Origin: Scyliorhinus canicula
Lineage: Eukaryota
Direction of reading: 5' to 3'
DNA: 64,000 bases
NCBI RefSeq assembly: GCF_902713615.1
Contig: NC_052158.1
Coordinates: forward strand, 43,611,159 to 43,675,158
Below are positions 57,650-64,000 of the stretch, in pieces. Numbering within the stretch: position 1 is the stretch's first letter; the number at the start of each line of letters is the position of its first letter. A model generated the notes under the pieces. It saw only the letters and a program-made list of their open reading frames with translations, was not told the origin of the DNA and searched no databases. The translations under genes and the position numbers were made by a program.

Positions 57650-58554
57650 TGTTGCGATCTGGCTGGGGTTGGCTGTACAAGAGCTGTTTAAGTGCTGCTC
57701 GACCTTGTTGGTTGGGGGGGGGACGGGGACGTTGGGGGGGGGGAGGGGGGCTGGCGAGCCTTCATTTGCAGCGAGAAGCGCATAAGGCCTCGTTAAGTTG
57801 CCAGCCTCCCTGGGCCAAGTGCCAGGAAGCTCGCGGCAATTTCCACCCACTACCACATTGAGAAATCTTTCTGGAGAATATGCCCAGAGTCCCATGTTGA
57901 GCACATTTAGCAGTGGTTTCACAGCGCTGGGAGCGCCGCTATTAAACGGGACACTGCTTCATTTCTGGACGCAGGCTCCGGAATGTCAACTCACCAATAG
58001 GAGGGTCATTGAGCCCCCCCTGACCCCCACCTCATAAGAGCTGTGCACCCCATTCCCAATCCCTGGCACAATGCCACCCAGCATTTGCCACCTGAATACT
58101 TGAACTGCCAGGGTGGTACCCACCTGTCACTGCCATAGTTCCAGACTGGCAATGCCAAGGTGGACATCAGGGGTGCCGGGGTAGCCCCCTGCCCAAAGGC
58201 AGACCATCCTGGGGGGGACCATCCTGGGAGACCAAGAACCCCCCCCCCCCCAAGTGCCGGTATGCCTGGTCCACGTTTGTCTCTGAGGTGGGCGCTGGGT
58301 AGATCCGGCTAACTGCTCACTTGAATATGCAAATCTGGTGTCCCGAACTCAATGGGCGGGATCCAGATCGCAAATCCTCAAGCGATAGTGTCCGATCTCG
58401 CGAGGCGTGACGAGGCTGGTACACCCCGCGAGATGCTTCTCGTGAGATTTACCGACCTTGTCGCGGCCCGAGTCAGGCACCGCACAGCCAATAGATTGTG
58501 CCCTTGGGCACTGAGGCTGACATACTGAGGTTTGTGGGAACAGATGATATAAAA

Positions 58555-60457
58555 ATGTAACTCTTTCTTTGCGAAATGTTTTGCTTCCTATGAACTAGAA
58601 ATTCTCAAGCTATTGATGGAGAAAGTATGGCAGCCACAGTGACATTGACCAATATGTCGTGTACAGGACTCTTACTGCAAGCTCCTGAGTGTTTCAGCGA
58701 ATAAGAACACACCATGTTGACAAATCAGTATTTTGGGTTCAGTGAAAAAAAATTATTTATTAGAAGTTATAAATCTATGCAGAAGATTGATAAAGCAGAA
58801 GACAAACAACAACAAAACATTCAGCTTACCAAAATTTAAATCAGGCAATAAAAACAATTAAAAATATCTTTCCCAGGGCATGAAATTAATCTTGGAAGAG
58901 TATAAGGTGAACATATCACACCGTTATTACATCGAAGTATGATGAAGTGTAGAGACTGACCCCCCACTCCCTCGCCATACTCAGCATAGTAGTCCCCCCA
59001 GACAGGAGAATACAAACATTACCCATGGTATTAGTCAAACACTCATCACCTGAAGAGGATCTGTCTTGGGGAAGCAGGGGAGTTTGCAGGTGGTGAGGAT
59101 CAAGAACAAATGGGAGGAGGAGTTGGGGGGGGAAATAGGCTGGAGACTGTGGTGCTAGATGATGGGTGAATTCAACCTCTTCTTGCGCAAGGATGAGCTT
59201 GATTCAGTTCAAGGTTGTGCACAAGGTATATATGACCCAGGTGAGGATGAGTGGGTTCTTTCAAAGGGTGGCCTGTGAGTGTGAGAAATGTGGGCGAGGG
59301 CCAGTAAATCATGGGCACAAGGGCCTCACGGTAGCATGGTGGTTAGCATCAATGCTTCACAGCTCCAGGGTCCCAGGTTCGATTCCCGGCTGGGTCACTG
59401 TCTGTGTGGAGTCTGCACGTCCTCCCCGTGTGTGCGTGGGTTTCCTCCGGGTGCTCCGGTTTCCTCCCACAGTCCAAAGATGTGCGGGTTAGGTGGATTG
59501 GCCATGCTAAAATTGCCCGTAGTATAAGGTTAATGGGGGGATTGTCGGGTTACGTGGGTTTAAGTAGGGTGATCATTGCTCGGCACAACATCGAGGGCCG
59601 AAGGGCCTGTTCTGTGCTGTACTGTTCTATAAGTTTGGGGATTTCGAGAAGCTGGAGAGATACTGGGAAGTGGTGTCTGGGACGTTATCTAAAATTGTGG
59701 GGGTGCAGGTCAGGCCGGACCCAACAGTGGTGATCTTTGGGGCATTGGAAATGCCGCAGCTGCTGGAGGGGAAGGGGGCTGATGTTGTGACCTTCGCTTC
59801 TGTAATTACCCGGAGAAGGATCTTGCTAAATTGGAGGTGGGATATACTGCCATGGGTGGGGCTTGGCTGGGGTATTGTACGACTTTCTCTGCTTGGACAA
59901 GATTACATTTGAGTTGAGGGGGTCAGTGGTGGGCTTCGAGACAGTGTGGGGGTTGTTCATGACAATGTTTGAGGAATTTAACAGTTTTAGACTCATTCCC
60001 AAAGTCAAATCCAGAAGATAAAGGATATGTGGTGGGAAGGGAAATCCCAAAGAATATGTGGTGGGAAGGGAAATCCCGAGGGATCGAACAATACGCTGAT
60101 CATCAAGACATGGAATCACCAGGCATGAAAGGACACTGAGTTTTTCCAGCAGCTTCTATACAGATTGACGTCTTCTGTTGGTGATGTTTGGCGATCTGGT
60201 CAAAGGTTAAATTGACCTTCTTGAAACAACTGGATTGATGGTGCGAGAGGGTGGAGACAGATGCTGGATGACAACTTCTGGGTTGCTGGAGAGTAAAGGA
60301 AACAAGATTTCTGCTTCTCCACAAGACACCTTTATTTCTTTGATCCAACTTCACACACAAATCTCCACCAACAAATAGTGCCACCTGTAACCCCTTTATA
60401 TATCAGTGACTTCTATTGGATACTTAACATCAAATTGGTATTTAATTGGAAGGTCAG
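58555..60457 (-). other. 3' UTR/downstream region of a fourth paralog (ZNF-D) whose coding exon lies beyond the window
   Basis: 58555-59070 matches 47580-48330; 59990-60130 matches the RTE fragment in the ZNF-C UTR; 60120-60260 matches 29460-29600; AATAAA (-) at 58756-58761. Confidence 0.7.
59075..59990 (+). mobile_element. L1 ORF2 C-terminal fragment interrupted by a young HE1 SINE (59321-59629)
   Basis: NSTSSCARMSLIQFKVVHK..CEKCGRGPVNH; ASVITRRRILLNWR. Confidence 0.85.
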
Positions 60458-60685
60458 TGTGGTAATCACCACTGTTGTATATATTAGGAGATGTGTGGTA
60501 AGACCCTGTACTACAGGTACGGGGGTAGTCCCTGCCTGCTGGCTCCACCCAGTAGGCGGAGTATAAATATGTGTGCTCCCCGTACAGCAGCCATTTCGCC
60601 AGCTGCTGTAGGAGGCCACACACCTTAGAGTAATAAAGCCTCAGTTGTATTCAACTCTCGCCTTTGTGCAATTGATCGTGCATCA
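60458..60685 (+). mobile_element. 5' LTR of Gypsy element
   Basis: TGTGG start, TATAAA at 60562, AATAAA at 60632, ends GTGCATCA directly upstream of the gag leader. Confidence 0.8.
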
Positions 60686-60711
60686 ATTTATTACTCCAAG
60701 ATTTTCAGAAG

Positions 60712-61554
60712 ATGGACCTCCGCATCAAGCAGCTGGATCCGCAATCAGGCGACGCCAAAAAGGACTTTCAGCATTGGCTAGCTTGTTTTGAAGCTTACCT
60801 CAGGTCTGCACCAGACCCAATCCTGGAAGCTAGGAAGATCCAAATCCTCTACTTGCGGCTGAGCTCCAATGTAGTCCCTCTTATCCAGGACGTGACGACG
60901 TACGATGAAGCCATGGCGCTACTGAAAGAAAACTACACCCAGCGGACGAACACGCTCTTCGCCAGACACATACTCTCTACTTGTAGTCAACTCCCTGGTG
61001 AGTCCGTAGAAGATTTCTGTTGTGCTTTAATTCCCCTAGTCAGAGACTGTCACTGTCAGGCCGTCACGGCCACGGAACATTCGAACTTCCTCATGCGGGA
61101 CGCTTTCGTTAGGGGGATAGGGTCAGACCTCATACGGCAGCGACTTTTACAAGGGGCTACGATCGACCTCGCAGAAACGAAAAAGCTGGCGCTATCGATG
61201 ACGGTCGCCTCGCGCAATTTTCAGGCCTACACCCCCAGCCGCGTGGCCCACCCCTCCTATGCATCGTGGACTCTGCAGACGGCCGCCCCACTGAGGGCCT
61301 CACCCAGCCAATCCTACGCCTGTGCCACGTGCCAGCCAGCCAACTCTGGGGGCCCCCGATGTTACTTCTGCGGGCAGCAGAAACACCCCCGCCAACGCTG
61401 CCCGGCCCGCAGCGCCGTTTGCAAGGCCTGCGGCAAGAAGGGGCACTTCACTGTGATGTGCCAGACCCACTCAGTCGCCGCTATCGCCCCGACCCCCCTC
61501 GCGTACAGACAGTGGCCGCCGTCATCTTGCCCTCCTCGGACCACTCGCGGCTAG
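60712..61554 (+). CDS. gag: Gypsy gag (280 aa) with CCHC knuckles
   Basis: FQHWLACFEAYL..LFARHILST..QLPGESVEDF..MRDAFVRGI..CYFCGQQKHPRQRCP..CKACGKKGH. Confidence 0.88.
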   Translation: MDLRIKQLDPQSGDAKKDFQHWLACFEAYLRSAPDPILEARKIQILYLRLSSNVVPLIQDVTTYDEAMALLKENYTQRTNTLFARHILSTCSQLPGESVEDFCCALIPLVRDCHCQAVTATEHSNFLMRDAFVRGIGSDLIRQRLLQGATIDLAETKKLALSMTVASRNFQAYTPSRVAHPSYASWTLQTAAPLRASPSQSYACATCQPANSGGPRCYFCGQQKHPRQRCPARSAVCKACGKKGHFTVMCQTHSVAAIAPTPLAYRQWPPSSCPPRTTRG

Positions 61555-61799
61555 TGGGCGCCGCCATCCCCTCCTCGGACCATGTGTGGCCCATGGGCGC
61601 TGCCATCTTTTTCAACCCCCGCCACATGCAGCCCGTGGGCACCGCCATCTTGTCCACCCCAGGATCATCAGGTGCCGCCATCTTGTCTCCTCCACAGCAC
61701 ATGGGCGCCACCATCGTTCCAGGACGCGTGTTCCCCGGGCACCCCATCGTTTAACACCAGCGACGACCAGCCGCGACTCTCCTTGGTCACGATTGACCA

Positions 61800-62795
61800 G
61801 TCTCGCCCGCACAATCTAGCCACCGCCTCGACAAGCGTGAAGAACGATGGGCACGAGACCTCTTAACTGCTGGACTCTGGGAGCACCGGAAGCTTCATCC
61901 ATCCAGATACGGTAAGGCACTTCTCCCTCGCGGTACACCCTGCCAATCAGTGAATCTCCCTGGCCTCTGGTTCCCACTCTGTGGCGATCTGGGGGTACTG
62001 TATCGCCACGCTCACGGTCCAGGGTGTAGAATCCAGCGGCTTCTGCCTCTACGTCCTCCTCAACTTCTGAGCTGCCCTGCTACTCGGCCTTAACTTCCAG
62101 TGTAACCTCCAGAGCCTAACATTGAAATTCGGCGGGCCCCTACCACCCCTTACTGTGTGCGGCCTAGCGACCCTCAAGGTCGACCCACCTTCGCTATTTG
62201 CAAACCTAACCCCGGATTGGAAACCCGTCGCCACCAGGAGCAGACTGTACAGCACCCAGGACAGGACCTTCATCAGGTCCAAGGTCCACGACTGCTTCGG
62301 GAAGGCATCATCGAGGCCAGAAACAGCCCCTGGAGAGCCCAAGTGGTAGTGGTGAAAAGTGGGGAGAAACACCGAATGGTCGTGGACTACAGCCAGACCA
62401 TCAATCGGTACACGCAGCTTGACGCGTACCCCCTCCCACGCATATCTGATATGGTCAATCAGATTACACTGTACCGGGTCTTCTCAAATGTAGACCTAAA
62501 ATTCACCTACCACAAGCTCCCCATCCGTAAGGCGGACCACCCATATACTGCCTTTGAGGCAGATGGCCGCCTCTACCATTTTCTCTGGGTGCCCTTCGGC
62601 GTCACCAACGGGGTCTCGGTCTTCCAAAGGGAGTTGGACCGAATAGTCGACCGGTAATGGCTGCGGACCACTTTCCCGTTCCTAGACAATGTCATCATCT
62701 GCGGCCACGATCAGCAGGACCACGATGCCAACCTTGCCAAATTTCTCCACACCACACTCGCCTAAACCTCACCTATAACAAGAAGTACGTATTCA
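61800..62795 (+). pseudogene. pol: Gypsy pol: protease and RT, with stops and frameshifts
   Basis: LLDSGSTGSFIHP; SPWRAQVVVVK..RMVVDYSQTINRYTQLDAYPLP..PFGVTNGVSVFQR; LDNVII. Confidence 0.88.
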
Positions 62796-62909
62796 CTGAG
62801 GAAGGAGCAGCGCTCCGAAAGCTCGTGTTTGAAACAAACCTGTTGGACTTTAACCTGGTGTTGTAAGACTTCTTACTGTGCTTACCCCAGTCCAACCGGC
62901 ATCTCCACA
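62796..62909 (+). mobile_element. Penelope-like terminal fragment with hammerhead-like motif at the left inversion junction
   Basis: CTGAGGAAGGAGCAGCGCTCCGAAAGCTCGTG..GGACTTTAACCTGGTGTTGTAAGACTTCTTACT..GGCATCTCCACA; non-Gypsy sequence, partly repeated at 63826-63860. Confidence 0.65.
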
Positions 62910-63829
62910 CTGTGGATATAGACGGGGAAGCTGAACAGAGCGAAGATTGTGTTGAGGGCTTTGATGACTATGGCAGACATCATGTCGGGGCATGGGATAG
63001 CAAAGGGGAAGCTTGAGTACTCGTCGACCACACTGAGGAAATACGTGTTACAGTCGGTGGAGGGGAGGGACCCTTTGAAATCCACGCTAAGGCGTTCAAA
63101 GGGGCGAGAGGCTTTCACCAGGCACGCATGGCCTGGCTGGTAGAAGTGCGGTTTGCAGTCCGCACAGACCTGGTAGTCTCTGGTGATTGCCCTGACTTTC
63201 TCGACGGAGTAGGGCAGGTTGCAGCCCTTGATGAAGTGGTACAACGGTGTGACTCCCGGGTGACAAATGTTGTCGTGCAGGGTCCGGAGTCGGTCTACTT
63301 GTGCGCTGGCACATGTACCTCGGGATAGAGCATCTGGGGGATCGTTGAGCTTACCGGGGCTATACAAAATCTCATAGTTGTAGGTGGAGAGCTCGATCCT
63401 CCACCTCAAGATTTTGTCGTTTTTGATCTTGCCTCGCTGTGTGTTGTTAAACATGAAGGCAACCGACCGTTGGTCAGTGAGAAGAGTGAATCTCCTGCCG
63501 GCCAGGTAATGCCTCCAATGCCGCACAGCTTCAACGATGGCTTGGGCCCCTTTTTCGACGGAGGGGAAAAGGTGGACTGGATGAGAGGGCGGGCCTTGTC
63601 CGCATAGTTTGGGACCCACTGGGCGTAGTAAGAAAAGGACCCCAGGCAGCGCTTGAGGGCCTTGGGACAGTGGGGCAGGGGAGCTCCATGAGGGGGCGCA
63701 TGCAGTCGGGATTGGGTCCCAGAACTCCGTTCTGGACCACATAGCCGAGGATGGCTAAGCGGTTTGTGCTGAATACGCACTTCTTGTTATAGGTGAGGTT
63801 TAGGCGAGTGGCAGTGTGGAGAAATTTGG
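62908..63829 (-). pseudogene. pol: Inverted segment of Gypsy pol (RT end, RNase H, integrase N-terminus)
   Basis: Minus strand reads LNLTYNKKCVFSTNRLAILGY; AIVEAVRHWRHYLAGRRFTLLTDQRS; HDNICHPG..CADC; FERLSVDFKG..VVDEYS..VYIHS. Confidence 0.9.
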
Positions 63830-63858
63830 ACTTTAACCTGGTGTTGTAAGACATCTTA

Positions 63859-64000
63859 CTATATCCACAGTGACAGGGGATCCTCATTCACGAGTGATGA
63901 GCTGCGTCAGTTCCTGCTCAGCAGGGGTATCGCCTCCAGCAGGACGACCAGCTATAACCCCCGGGGAAACGGGCAGGTGGAGAGGGAGAATGGGACGGTC
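63859..64000 (+). pseudogene. pol: Gypsy integrase core resuming on the plus strand
   Basis: YIHSDRGSSFTSDELRQFLLSRGIASSRTTSYNPRGNGQVERENGT. Confidence 0.9.

Larger units (their letters stand above)
54305..58503 (-). mobile_element. PIF/Harbinger DNA transposon carrying a Myb/SANT gene; no intact transposase seen
   Basis: CpG-rich imperfect terminal repeats (left hairpin CCGGCCTCGTT..AACGAGGCCGG, right end GATTGTGCCC); spliced Myb-type ORF on the minus strand. Confidence 0.75.

Overview
Vertebrate genomic DNA, very likely from a shark (inferred from HE1/V-type and SacSINE1/Deu-type SINEs). The window holds a TE-saturated cluster of duplicated C2H2 zinc-finger genes. Three ORFs are intact: ZNF-A (+, 10 fingers), ZNF-B (-, 9 fingers) and ZNF-C (-, 15 fingers). 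Each gene has a 43-nt 5' mini-exon ending in ATG, followed by one terminal exon that carries all the fingers, and no KRAB/SCAN/BTB/SET exon is visible. Orphan fragments of the same duplication unit and the 3' end of a fourth paralog (ZNF-D) are also present. TEs include L1 copies with target-site duplications, Gypsy elements and solo LTRs, CR1, L2, RTE, Rex/Babar, Tx1, Penelope termini and a Harbinger element. The main observations are: (1) a ~420-bp cassette around the mini-exon is 421/422 identical between otherwise diverged inverted paralogs A and B; (2) splicing creates a 14-codon uORF conserved in all three genes; (3) a Gypsy element has no tRNA PBS, and its PBS position is instead complementary to its own LTR poly(A) signal; (4) a staggered-break inversion inside that Gypsy is patched at both junctions with Penelope terminal sequence containing a hammerhead-like motif; (5) a ZNF143/NRF1/E-box CpG-island promoter has no obvious coding gene. 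All alignments were done by eye, and the boundaries of old repeats are approximate.
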